Origin: Amoebophrya sp. A120
Lineage: Eukaryota > Protista > Dinoflagellata
DNA: 64,000 nucleotides
Assembly (NCBI GenBank): GCA_905178155.1
Contig: CAJINV010000011.1
Coordinates: forward strand, 1,139,982-1,203,981
Direction of reading: 5' to 3'
Shown: one piece after another, positions 27,088 through 39,795 of the stretch
How the letters are laid out: the number at the start of each line of letters is the position of its first letter
Numbering within the stretch: the first letter of the stretch is position 1
Notes under the pieces: model-generated
What the model saw: only the letters and a program-made list of their open reading frames with translations
Told to the model about the DNA's origin: nothing
Database searches by the model: none
Program-made: the position numbers and the translations under genes

Positions 27088-29256
27088 ATGCCGATCTCCA
27101 GCCTTTCCCGGGAGTTTGTCCGGGAAATCAAGGAGAACTACCCGGAAATCCGATCCCTCATATCCAAAGTAAAAGATTTCCCGTATTACATGTACAAATG
27201 CAGTTTCTGCATGGCAAACTTTCTTTCAATGCTATTCAGAATGACAAGTTCTTGGTGAAGTTTGTGATGCGTAGTACGGGAAGTTTGTATTGTATACCTG
27301 AACCTGGCCCGCAACGAGATCGCGGAAATCAATTCACTGGAGTCTCTCGCGAGCCATCTGGTCTCCCTGGACCTGTCGTGGAACCGAATCACGGAGGTGG
27401 GGTTCGGCCTCCTCTGCCTCGTGCACCTGAAGCAGTTGGTACTAAGATGGTTACTACAACCTCGAACATCAAGTGACGGAGGTTTTAGACGCACCACGGC
27501 AAATGATTTTTGCATTCCTAGACCTAGTGGTCGTCGATCAACATGAGATCGTGATTGTCCTTGAGATCTTCCAAAGTGTACACCGATATTATCGCAGATT
27601 GAGATTCGAAATGCAGAATGAAGAGTTCGTGATTTCTATCTTCAGGTTCTTGCCCACAACGAGATATCGCAGCTGCACAACACCAACTTCACGAGTTTGA
27701 AATGCCTGGTCCGCCTGGATCTGAGCAACAACCTCCTGCAGGACCGGGTGAGCACGATCACGGCCTTCGAAACGCTGGACTCCCTGGTCGATCTGAACCT
27801 GACAGAAAACGCTGCGGACACGAATACCTGGGTGGACTCAGTTCGCGAACGCCTCCCGCAGCTGCACGTGTACAATTTCGAAAGACTGCTGCCAGAAGGG
27901 TCGGCGTCATCCCTACCTCCTTTAATCGCCTCCTCCACGGCTGTTGCGCTGCATGGCACAACAAGAAGTACAAATGCGGGCGCAATATCAAGCAGCCATC
28001 AAATGCACAACGCGGTGACCAGTACCACAACCACATGCAGAGCGGCCCAATTAGCGCTGCAGCTTCCGCCACGGACTAGTCCATCGCAGATGTTGCGCGA
28101 GCAATCCAATACGGCGTCCTCCTCTGGTTCCGCTAGTTCCTCGAGGAAGCCCGCGCTGGCCGGGCTCAAATATTACGGTGCGCCAGTGCATCAACCCGCG
28201 GGAAGCTACACGACCAGTTGCGGTGGCGGGAATCTGACCAGCACCAGCGAAGAAGAAACAATGGATCAGATGATCGGAATGAGGAAGGAAAAGCTGAAAG
28301 AGCAGCAAGGGGTGACGTCTTCGCTCGCGCAGATGTCCGAGCAAGCGGAGGAGGAACTACAGCAAGGCACCAGTAGTGAGCAACGAGGAGCTGCAAATGC
28401 AATAGAGAACACTTCCTCGTCGATTCCCGGAGCTGCAGCCACAAATAAAACGCTGAAGGCGAATCCCATCCCGAATCCCGAACTTGTGCGTGGCGGGTGG
28501 GAGACATTTGGCGGAAGCAAGGCGTCGACGTCGCGGTTGATAGCGGCGGAGGAAGAACAAGCGGTTACTTCATCGCACCAGGTATTACGTGATCAAGAGC
28601 CGTTCGCTATTTATCATACAGGGTCGGGCTCGGGGTCGGGAGGTGCCTCGGCATCAACAAAAATCCTGCCGTCCCAGATGACCAGCGAGAGCAGTAGAAA
28701 CCGATTCTTCAGCGAAGATCATTTTCCGACTGCTTCAGGGTACTCGGGCAAACTCGCCCAACTATCCGGTCCGGGACCGAGTGCATCGTCCTCCAGTACT
28801 GCGTTCCGCAGCCAGCCACTGTACCGGCCGACGCCGAACGAGAACAATCTCGAGCACGATCCGAATTTCTACGACGAGAATCGCCACTTACGCATTCTCG
28901 TCGAACCCTGTCCCAGCCCCTTGGAACAGCAGCAGCAGCAGTCATCTGACCCGCGCGTGGCCAGGACGTCGAAAAGGGAGCAGGCACTGCATCAAATGAC
29001 AGAACAAAATAGTCCGAGCTCCACCGCGGCGCTGGCGACGTTCACAACCACGAAAAAGGAGGAGGTGGCGTTTGAGCAAGTTCTGGAAGTGCACCAGTGG
29101 GCCATGACGGTGTTGGACGATCTAGACGCTCGCGTGGCCAGAGGGGAGGATCGTCACGCGGTGTGGCGTGAGGCCGTGTGGACTCTGGCGGTGGAAAAGC
29201 GGTGCCTCGAGCTGGAAGCGGAAAAACAGATTCAGGACGTATTAGCGGTAGTGTAA
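27088..29256 (+). CDS. Leucine-rich repeat protein, ~606 aa; exons 27088-27160, 27302-27438, 27646-29256
   Basis: After removing one TIR intron and GT-AG intron 27439-27645, successive LxxLxLxxN repeats appear: IRSLNLARNEI, LVSLDLSWNRI, LKQLVLAHNEI, LVRLDLSNNLL, LVDLNLTEN. Confidence 0.85.
27161..27296. mobile_element. Introner-like TIR element (136 bp)
   Basis: Ends TATCCAAAGTAAAAGATTTCCCGTATTAC / GTAGTACGGGAAGTTTGTATTGTATA. Flanks CCTCA/CCTGA. Contains an in-frame stop. Excision restores an intact LRR (RSL|NLARN). Confidence 0.85.
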
Positions 29257-29380
29257 TGATTCCTCACGATGATGATAAGTACTATTTTGATGTTGATCAA
29301 CATCCATGGCACTGGCAGATGACTATATTTATATTTTTTCATTCTTGTTGGGTGAAATTATAATTAAGGAATGCACAGAA

Positions 29381-31143
29381 ATGGAAAAACTTCAACACTT
29401 CCAGGTCGCTGCTTCCATGTCGATGTCTGCGACGGCCCAGCCAGACGCTCAGCCTCTCTCGACGTCCACGGGGAAGAAGTACATGAAAGGAGTGACGGAA
29501 GGGGAAAACACAGGCGACCACGACGCACAGGATCAACAGCTGGACGAGCATGATCCCGGAATCCACGACGAAGCACAAGACTCCCGACTCCATTCGAAGA
29601 AGCGAGCGAACTCGCGAAGACCCAGCAACGCTCTGTCAGCAGCATCAGGGCTGCTGAATAAAAGTGACGTTGTAGGTCCCGCTCTAAGTACGACTGTTGC
29701 CGCGCAGACGCAGACCGTCGAAGTGGACCACGACAATGAGCTTCAAGACGAGTTGCTCGCCGGCCAGAAAAGCTCGCGGAGGGGCTCTCGCGTGTTGGCC
29801 CAGTCGGTTTCCGCCACCGTCAATATTGCAAATGGAGGTTGTATGAACGACCACAACGATCATCAGGATAAGGACGTCGAGTTGCAGGAGTCGTTGATTT
29901 ACCGTCGGAAGAGAACCAGGACGAACTCAAAACACAAACCACCCGCAATGCCACACACTGCAGCAGGAGTAGGACCAGGAGGTGTAGTTGCTCTTGCTGC
30001 ACTCAGCGGCGCAAGAACCCCAGCAACCGCCCAGCAAAATGTCCTCGACAAAAGCAGCAGCAGCACTTCTGGGCTTTTCGGGAAGCAGTACCAGTTCGAC
30101 GAAAAAGACCTGCTGCAGTTTGTCGACGACAAACTCCAGGACCAGCTGGAAGTGGCGCAGAACACCTGGAATTCCGGCAAACTGGACCTGTTCGCTGCTT
30201 TTGATAAATGCCTGAACTTCTCCATCCGAGGGAGGTTGGACGCGCAGGCGGAGAAACTGCAGAAGCTAGAGACGCAGGTGCTCGAAGCGACGCTGCTTCT
30301 GCAGGCAAAGAATAGCGGATTCAACCTGATGTCCCTGGGTGTGGCGGGTGGAGAGCAGCAGAACGAGGGAAAATCCGCACTTATTCCACTCTCGAGCAGC
30401 TCGTCTTCCAGCTCAGTCATGCAACAAAATGAGAGGAATCCGCGACTCGTCCCCGACGAGCAACTGCAGCTCCACGCCTGCGTCACGCGTCTGCGAGCAG
30501 AAAAGCAGGATCTGCAGCACCGGTTGTCGCAGGCTTTGCAGGTAAAAACTGATATATTTAAGTATAGGTTCGTTTTCGTCTTCATCTAGCATCGGCTTTT
30601 ACTATCATGTGACTCACCACTCTATTTTTTTCTATTGCGTTTCCACATTTTCTTTCGTTTCAAAAAAAAACACAGGACCTCGAGAAGCACCAGTCATCTA
30701 GCACGGCTGCAATAGTTGTACCCAAGAACGATGACCTACCACCACCACCACCCCTGCCCGAGCGGCGGACCTCAGAACTGGACTGGAAGCGGAAGTTTCT
30801 CGCTGCGCAAGAGCAGCTGGAGCGCTACGAGAAGCAAGCGGACGCCGCCTGGAAGCGGTTAGAAGCGACGCCGACTGGAGGTACCAGTTTGGACTTCCGA
30901 GGAGGTGATGGGGAAGAGGAGAAAGGCGAAGGAGGTCAACTTCTCACCACCCCAGCGAAAATAAATCCCGCTTCATCTGCGACTTCTGGTGCCGTGGCAA
31001 ACACAAAGGATGATCCGGCAGGGGCCGCACATCCATCCTCGAACACACCGTCGCTGACCGGGACAAGTGATCTTGTTTCGCTTTTCCGGGGACTGCAAAA
31101 GCTCGACGTCGGACGCTTAAACTTGCCGCCAAGGCCGCTGTAG
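29381..31143 (+). CDS. Hypothetical coiled-coil protein, ~542 aa; exons 29381-30541, 30676-31143
   Basis: GT-AG intron 30542-30675 joins ORF 29306..30589 to the frame of 30889..31143. Heptad-rich segments. Start codon uncertain. Confidence 0.65.
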
Positions 31144-32679
31144 ACCGACCACGTGGAATAAGAAAGAAAAACATAATGAGAAGATTTAGATTTCAATAAT
31201 TCAAAGAGTCGATTGTCCGGCTCAAATAGCTAGAAAGCTATGCAAACTGCTGGTCGTGTCGTGGTAATTCTATTGCTATACTGTCAAATGACAGTTTCTT
31301 GAAGCCTTTCTTTACATTCCTCACCGCGCGAGGATATACCCTGCTCTGTATTTGAATTCAACTTAGTTCTTGCTCAACTTTCATGATACGACGCTGAAGT
31401 TCTACTAGCAGCACTTCTGTTGTTCGTGTGTGTGCATGTCCATTGAATTTGTGACTGAACTACAAAAGAATTGAGCCAGTTATTTCGAGAAAATAGTTGC
31501 GGTGGTGAAGGTGATTATGCTTATAGTCGACCTCATGTATTTAAATTTATACCGGAAAGAAGTTCTTGAACAATCGGTTTTGTCCTGCTCGTCGTGAGGT
31601 GCAAAAATTAAGAATATCCGCTGCTGTAGTTGCGCATAATAAAAGGCACGCAACAAGAACTGCGTACACAGTTTCCTGTGCATATTACTTAGGCAAGTCT
31701 GATTGCTGATTAAAACAGTGTTGAGGGCCGCGAGTAGACCTACCATGTGATGAATGACATGATTCTCGACCTGTGTGAGTAGATGACCGCGCTCCTGGCG
31801 CGTGGTTTTTACTTCTGTTAAAGTAGATATCTCCCGCTCCCCTACGCTGCCATCGTTTTCGCTTACGCTTTCGCGTCCTGACTAGAAGCGTCGCTTCTCG
31901 TAGCGGCAGCGAGAAGAGCACGAGAAGACGCACATGAATATCAGTTGTGTGTGTTATTTCTTGGTGGACCGGCTCCTTGAAAGTACTTTCAGTCGGAGGA
32001 AACTTGACTATGACTTGGTGTTCGAAATTTTCTTTGTTTCACAATTAGTGAAGCGCTCCTACAAGAATAAGACAACGAGGGAATTCTAGTTGAGAGACAC
32101 AGACGTTTCACCCTGCATTGGGCACATCGCCGGAGAAACATGAATAAATGGTTTATTTGGTACAACCATCGAAGGTACTAGCAGGCACTGGGCGTGATGT
32201 GGTACTATTGGCACTACCTTCGTTGGAGGTCTACAACCTCCGTTCCTTCTCACCTTTCTTTATTCAGGTGTTGCAAAAAAACTCCCGCTCGTACCTAGCC
32301 TCGAAGATTTTATGTCGCCCACAGTTACAGTTTTGCTATTTTTTCAGATAGAAGATGACAAAAGAAGTATGGGGCCAGGCGGCTCCTTTTTCTTGTTCCC
32401 CAGATCGGTCTCGACACCCACCACCCTAAATCTGATATTTCCGAAACCAAAACTACACGCTCGTAACATTACTGCAAAGAGGAGATGAAACAGAGCATTG
32501 CGTAGTACTATGGCAGCACTTCCATGACGCAACATCAAGATGATCCTGAGGGTCGTCCAACGGAATGAGATGAATCGGGGCGCCAGGAAAACGAATTCCT
32601 GAAGACATCAGTTCTTGCTTTTTTGTCCTCAGCACCAGCTCGTAGTTGGGCCGTGATTCATTGCGACCCCAACACGGCC

Positions 32680-35447
32680 ATGGCGACGACGTCTAACCAG
32701 CAGGGAAAAACCAATAAAACCAACCCGACAGAGCCGAATACCGCCTTCGAGACTGCCTCCGAGGACGTTGAGTCAAGCGACATTCCCGATGAAGGATGGT
32801 TCACAACGGAGCTCACGCGCGGCGGACAGGCGCTGTCTGCGGCGCCGGTAACATTAACAACTGGCGGAGTGAACGGTGGAAATAAAACTGGTGAAAAGCA
32901 GGAAGCTTTGGACGTCGAGAAATACTTCCAGAAAGAAACGAGCAATAATCCGGCATCAACGACACGAGGCTTCTCTTCTAAAAATCCAACTTCTGGAGCT
33001 GCAGCTCTACCACCTAACGGCGCGCAAACCCAAAAAAGCAAATTTCTGAAGACTATCAAGGTGGACGAAGGTGACGGGGGAGGGTTGACCCGAAGACCTT
33101 CGCAGTCAACTCCTTCGAACAACGGTGGAAGAAATCCTGGCTGGGGAGGTGCAGCAGCTTCAGCAGCTTCTAGTGCATCGTCTACTTCAAAAGTCAACTT
33201 ACTGCAGAACAACACCTCCTTCCAATCTGGTGGAGCTGCAAGATTATCATCTTCAGCGACCACTCCCGGTGGAGGGGGTAATTACGCCGCTTTGTGGGAA
33301 GCGACGACTTCTTCTGGCCAAGAGGAAGACGAAGACCACGGATATTCCCCGGGGTCGAGGAGGATGAAGGGCGGTACTAAAGGTCGAAATTATGTTGATA
33401 AAACGGACAGCAAGGGCGAGGCCAGCACCTCTAGCAGTACGAAGACTGCGACGGAAGGTGCAACGACACGAACCGCGAGCTCCAGCAGCTCAACAAGCAA
33501 TCCTGCTGTCGGGGCTAGTGCCAATGGTGGAACTACTACACAAAAAGACACGACTCACGCCCTTGATGAAACTACAGATCTCGACGTCCACAACCCGGCT
33601 TCGTCCTCTATGGCGTTCTCAAGCGTTACACTCTCAAGTGTTACATGATTTGTAATGCAAACTGACCATGAGCCGAAAGACGATCAAGCTGCCTCGCATG
33701 ACAAATTATCGAAGTGCTAAACAGCATCTAAATCCGTGCAAAATTTGTGATGCAAGACTTGCAAGCTTTCCCCTTTCCCTATTGCTGTTTTTGGTTGAGA
33801 ATGTAACAGTTGAGAACACCATATCCTCCTCCAGCACGACTGCAGCCTCCTCCACTGCTACTACACAGCTCGGTCAACAGCAAGACGGTTCATCCCCCGG
33901 TGGCGTCAGGCAGAGCCACCGGCCAATATCCAGTGCAAAAGTATCGTACTCCTAGCAAATCATGCAGCCATGCAGGACAATCTGACATTCTACCTTAGCC
34001 AGCATTTCAAATGACTTTATTTTTTCTTGGAAAATTATAAAAAAGAAAAAGAATAAAATTTGCAAAACTGCAATGTAAACGTAGTGACAATACACTTTTG
34101 CAATCTGCATAACCGAAAACCTTCTACAACGCCCGCGGCGAGGCGGACTGGTCGGAAGATTTGACGAAAAACGGGATGGAGCCCAGATACGACACGAGCA
34201 GCAAGTACACCGGTGGCAACAACATTTGGCTGCACATTTACGACATCGACGGCTTCACCCAATGGCTGAACGAATCGTTTCTGATCAACAACGATTGGGG
34301 CGCGTACCACGCGGGCGTGGAGGTGTACGGAGATGAGTGGAGCTTTTTGTTCTACAATGACGTGCTAGATCCGACGGTGACGGGGTGTAACCGCGTGTAC
34401 CCGCGGAGGCACCCGGATTTCTCGTACCGATCGTCGGTTTACATGGGAAGAACACCGCTGAAGGCCATGGAGGTGTCGAGGCTGCTACTGGTGATGATGG
34501 AAAACTGGCCGTCGGTGAAGTACCACATTACGGACAGGAACTGGTACGGTACTTTTGCTCGTGAATCTAAATTTTGAATAAACCGCTGCTCGTGTTCCTG
34601 TATCACATAATCTGAGCATGACGAGCTGGTGTACCTTATCCCCCTATTGACACCATCAACCAAAAACACCAGTGTCGACTTCGCCTTTGCGCTGTGCAAG
34701 CAGCTGCAAGTCCCCCGTCCCTTTCCGCAGTGGGTCCGCGGCGGGCTGCACCTCGCGCGGAACAACGGAACGGTGAAAAACGTGGTGGACAGTGTTTGGG
34801 GGGTCGTGAAGTGGTGGAACCAAGTCGACGAAGAAAACGCCTATGTTCCGCCGCCCAACGCCACCGCGCAGGGGTACATTGAAAGCACGACCGGGATCTC
34901 AGCCGATCTGGGTTCGGCAACTAGTAATGGCAGCATGGGATCTTCCGGCGCTGGTCGGGTTAGTGAGTACAGAAAACTGCAGGAAGCGAAGGAAGCAGGA
35001 ACAGGAGTTCAGCAAGATGAATACAGTGAAATGCGGCCACTAGGTGCGGCATCTTCGAATAACAACAGTAATAACGAGAAGTTGTCCGGCAAAAGTCTAC
35101 CCCCACTTACAGCCGCGGGACCCCCGGCGAAAAATAAAGTTGCGACCGTTCCAGCGAAAAACACTTCAGCGCCAATGTCCATGTCCTCGTCCTTCTCCCC
35201 GCCCGCGCGGCCACCCGGTGTGCCGCGTTCCCCGAGCGCCGGAAATAACAGCAGTATGAACACCAACACCTCGCCGAACAACAACGGCAGTCGCGCCACA
35301 CCTCCCAGTAGTCTGAGTGTCCGGAACTCGAATGTGCGCAGGCCACCGGAGGAATTGGGGGAGCCAATTTCAACGAGCTCGATCCACGATCCGGAACTGG
35401 ATCTCGTGCTCATCAGAGACGACCACGATGGCGTGGAAAGTGGCTGA
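32680..35447 (+). CDS. DeSI/PPPDE-family (peptidase C97) deSUMOylase/deubiquitinase-like protein, ~742 aa; exons 32680-33608, 33829-33926, 34117-34543, 34673-35447
   Basis: LHIYDI..GAYHAGVEVYGDEWSF motif. The catalytic Cys motif YHITDRNCVDFA forms across GT-AG intron 34544-34672. Two TIR introns lie upstream. Exons sum to 2229 nt (3n). Confidence 0.88.
33609..33823. mobile_element. Introner-like TIR element (215 bp)
   Basis: 29-bp TIR TATGGCGTTCTCAAGCGTTACACTCTCAA / TTGAGAATGTAACAGTTGAGAACACCATA. Direct repeat TCCTC at 33604-33608 and 33824-33828. Frame restored on excision. Confidence 0.9.
33927..34111. mobile_element. Introner-like TIR element (185 bp)
   Basis: Ends TATCCAGTGCAAAAGT / ACTTTTGCAATCTGCATA. 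Flanks GCCAA/ACCGA (3/5 match). Removing the element plus 5 nt gives HRPKTFYNARG, in frame with the PPPDE exon. Confidence 0.75.
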
Positions 35448-36134
35448 CGAAACTAATGAAAAGAACGGTGATCTGACTACGTACCAGTGATCTCACCAGA
35501 TAACTTCTTGGAAGGAAGATAAGGAGCCAGTGTGGCCTACAACTTTGTGTTTCCGACAAATTCAAATTTAAATTTCACATTGGTCAAAGAGCAGCCGAAC
35601 TGAGCTCCGAGTTTGTGCTCCTACTTGGAGGTGTGACAGGACCTGCGCTCCTGTGGCGTTGCTGTTGTTCTTACCGGCTGTGTTTTACGCTTCATGTTCA
35701 TACCTCTATAAGTCTCCCCCTTGCGCCTGACCTCGGTGATGATTTTAATGCGTGCCTTGTTTGTGTTTGTGCTACCGTGTTTTTTTGTACGTAGGTACGT
35801 TCGTGATGCTGCTGCAGATCCGTTCCTTCGCTGCTATCTTTTGTGCTCCATCTGTAACTCGCCGTTGTCACGATCGAGGAAAGAAGGATCTCGTTCCATA
35901 TGAGCCCGCTAGTTCAGCAGGGAACGCGAACGCCATTTCATCGTGGTTGGCGCGAGTTGGATCTGTCTCATCTAGTACACCTAGAGGAGGGCAGCTCTGT
36001 AGTCTGTACGAAAACAAAGAGCTCTTCGTCTTCAATCAATCGGAAGAGATGCACCTTTTTTGTACCTATCGACGCCTAAATTGAATAAACATAAAGATTC
36101 ACACCAGACGCCGCACGAACAAGCGCAGCAAAAG

Positions 36135-39100
36135 ATGATGCGCAGTAGAAGTTCAGATCGCGATCCAAACCATCAGTACCAGCACGAAGATCATATCTCC
36201 CGCATTCAGCATGCACTAAAACCCTTCGCCGCCAGCAAAGACACAAGAACTCGCCGGCGCACCGATCACGAAAGAAATCTGTCGCACCCCGACTACTTGG
36301 ATATCCTGCAGATCTTTGTCGAGGAAGCCTTTTTCGGGTATCTGCGCTTACAGGACTTTTGGCCCTGCAAAGCTGTCGGAAAGCGGTTTCGCAAGGCGTT
36401 TTCGAGTGCCGTGCGATTGATCACAGCGACGCAGCTGGGTGGAGCGCTCCAGTTTCTTCCAGTTGATGCTGCGTACCGGCGGGAGTTTGACGGGGAGAGA
36501 GATGAAAACCAAAACAGGAGGAGGACAACTACCGCTCCTACGTCCGGCGCAGGCGTGCGTGACGGAGACGATCACGAGCAGGAATTTTACAGTTGCGAAT
36601 CCGCAACGGACCAGGAAGAAACGGGTCACGATGGAGCAGGAACGTCGAAAAATCTCGCTGCGGACGCGAAGAGCATCAAGATCCCGCCAGACGTGCTGGC
36701 CGATGAAGAAGCGCCTGGAGAGAACGATGACTACGCAGGAGCGCAATATCAAGATGACGTTGACGATATTACCGAAGAACGCCTCGAGGAAGAGCGTGCG
36801 AAGCTGCGGTCGCTATGCTGGAAGTCGCTGCTTCTGGAGCGTGTGTCCTTCCGAGATTGTTCCTACTGGACGCTTGCGGAGGTGGGAGCAGGCCCGGGAC
36901 CGAACACAACGCCGTCGAGGAGCAGCCCAAGCAACAGCAATAACAAAACGCGAACGCCTGCGACTCCGTCTGCCCCGTCAAGTAAAACGAGCTCTACGAC
37001 CGGTAAGGCATTCGCTCCACCACCTCCCCGTTCCCCCTCAAAAGAGAAGCAGGACAAGACCATCACCTCGCTGATCAAGCGCGACGTGAATCGCACCCTG
37101 CCCAACGAGCCCTTTTTCCAGACGGAAACCGGTCAGGAGAAGCTCTTCCGCGTGCTGAAAGCGGTTTCCCGACGGTTGTGGGAGGTCGGGTACTGCCAGG
37201 GGCTGAATTTCATCGTCGCGACGCTGTTGTTGCAGTTCAACGGCGACGAGGAGATCGCGTTCCAATGCACCATCGCGATGCTGTGGCGCCTGCATTTGGT
37301 GGATTTCTACTCGCACGAATTCCGCAAAATTCGACCAACTTTGTGGAAGTTTGACCAGTTGGTGTCTGCTCTTCTACCGAAGATCGCCGCGGTGTTTCAG
37401 GAAAACAACGTCACCGCGGAATACTACGCGTTGAGCTGGTTTCTCACGCTCTTCTCCGCGGACTTGCCGCAGGATTGCGTGCGCCGGATTTGGGACCTCT
37501 ACTTCGCGTACGGCGATCGCATCATCTTCCAGGTGGGGCTCGCGCTGCTGTATCACGAGCAAACCACCATACTCGCGCTGGCCGACCGGTTTGAGCTTTT
37601 GTTGAAGCACTTGAAAACCTTTTTGCGAAGTTCTAGTTCTTCCGGTAGCAGGAGGACAGCAGGATCATTGTCTTCGAGCAGTACAAGTCGAGGAAGGCAG
37701 AAATCTTTGTTTTCTACCTCAATCAAGGCATTGGTGAAGGATCGGGATCGTCAAGGACACCACGACGGTCGTGATAGTAGTACCTCCAAAGGAGCGACTG
37801 AGAAGGTAGAGCAACAAGTGGAAGACGGCGCAGTTTCCTCTTCTTCCAGTAACTCCAGCTCCTCTGGCACTTCCTCCAGTAGCAAGCAAAATGGACCTGC
37901 AGGTGGAGGAGACCAGGTCGGTAGTGTAACTTCTCCCGCGAAAACCAATAGTTCCGACCGCCACATAACATCAACATCGAACCGCGCCGTCACGGCGGGT
38001 CATCATCGCTACCAGGATGGTATAGAAATCGAGAATTTACTGCACGAGGCGCTGGAGCAGTTTCCGGTGTCTCACCAGCTGCTCGCGGCCCTGGAGAAGT
38101 TTTTCATCGAGACGGACCAGGATGAGCAACGCCGGGAGAGCCTGCACCTGGTCATCGCACGAGACTTGAACGCTCGTGTTTCCCATTGGGCAATGGAGGT
38201 GGGGCCGAGGGGTGTTGAGCAGGGAGGAGCAGGAGTTGGCGAAGAAAATATTAACGCCAGCACGTCTACTATCAAATGCAAAAATGTCTGGGTCTGGGGG
38301 ATTCCGAGATTTGTCATGCTAGTCTGGCATGACTCTGAACTCTGCATTGCGTGGCCGCGAAGAGCTCCTACTCCCTGTCATGCAAAAACGCAGTTTCTCA
38401 TGCGGAATACGCAACTCAGCACCATGAAAAAAACTTGTCATGCTTGGCAGTGCATCACAGGGAGCTCAATGTTCCCTTCCTTGCATCACAAGTTTCCAGA
38501 CCCAGACATTTTTGCAATCCATATCTACTTCTCGTGCACCACCACTTCTGAGAGGATCTCCCGGAGCAGGCGCGCCGAGCAGTGCATCGTCCTCTTCCTC
38601 CGCGCGCCCGCCCGCGATTTCCACCGAAGTAGAGGACGACTCAGTGTCTTGCTTCTGGACACCGACTGGCCGAGGTGGGAGTAGCGTCACAAACGCTGCT
38701 GGAGCAGCAGGGTCAATGTTCAGCATAACGAGAAACTCGGCTGCGTTGACTACTACATCAGTAACACCGACGACCGCGGCTTCTTCCACCGGCATTTTTG
38801 CTAGAACACCCCAAGCACCGCGTGCCTCCGGAGCAGCCTGCTCGTCGTCCACCAGCGCGAGCACTGGCATACGAGCTGAACACACTCTGCGTGCGACCAA
38901 GAGTTCGCCGGTGCTGCTCCAAAGGGAGGAAAGGCCGCGGATTGATAATGATAGTGCGCAGTCGTCCTCTGTCGTCCGAGATCTGGATTTGGAGGAGGTC
39001 GACATCAACACTTCTTCAGACGACGAGGACAGCGAGAACCCGCTTTTCGCGTCTAGCAGCTCGGTGTTTATTCCCGATAAGGAGTTGAAGTCTCTCGCGA

Positions 39101-39237
39101 AAAATCCGCTGTTGTCCGTTTCTTTCTCGGCGTTCAACCGCGATACGGGTGAGGCGGAAATCGTGCCGGATGGGGGGACGGGAAGCAGCCGCGGGAGCGG
39201 GAGGGTGGTGAGGAGTGTGCGACGAGAGGACAGGTAG
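36135..39237 (+). CDS. TBC-domain Rab GTPase-activating protein, ~947 aa; exons 36135-38269, 38529-39237
   Basis: IKRDVNRT (IxxDxxR arginine finger), GYCQGLNF (YxQ glutamine finger), WFLTLFS and RIWD motifs. A TIR intron joins it to ORF 38440..39237. Start codon uncertain. Confidence 0.9.
38270..38523. mobile_element. Introner-like TIR element (254 bp)
   Basis: Ends TATCAAATGCAAAAATGTCTGGGTCTGG / CCAGACCCAGACATTTTTGCAATCCATA. Direct repeat TCTAC at 38265-38269 and 38524-38528. Excision gives STST|SRAPP. Confidence 0.92.
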
Positions 39238-39795
39238 AACAGTGATGTACTGCTGATGCTGAAAATAGCGAACTATAGTACAAGAACGGAACGACTTCAT
39301 CAGCTGTGGAACACGAACGCAGATAGTTGTAGTTCGAGAATAAAGCCAGCACGTTCTGAAGATGCATCTTGTCATGAAAGTGTAGCCAGTTCCAGTAGTT
39401 CTATTGACATGTCTGATTCAACTACCGGGTGCTCCCGCACAGCACTGAATTAGTGCTGTTGTCGCCTTCGCCTACTTACATCGGATTCGTGATCGTTTCG
39501 TAGCGCAGTTGATTTCGTGAAATAGATCGTTTTCTGTAATACAGCCCCCGCCCTTCCAGTGAGGAGGAAGAGGATCGTGATCGTCATATTAGTTATGGTA
39601 TCTCGACAGTGCAGTCGCGTGATAATCGTTTGCGTGTTTACCACATACCAAATCGACATCAATCTTCGACAAAAGGTTTTCGTCATACTGATTTCTGGAC
39701 TTGTCTAAACTCAGCAAGCTGAAAAAGATTCCATTTCTCGTGGTATTGGTCTTGAAACAAGAAACCGGAGGTAAGTAAACTTAAACGAACCCACC

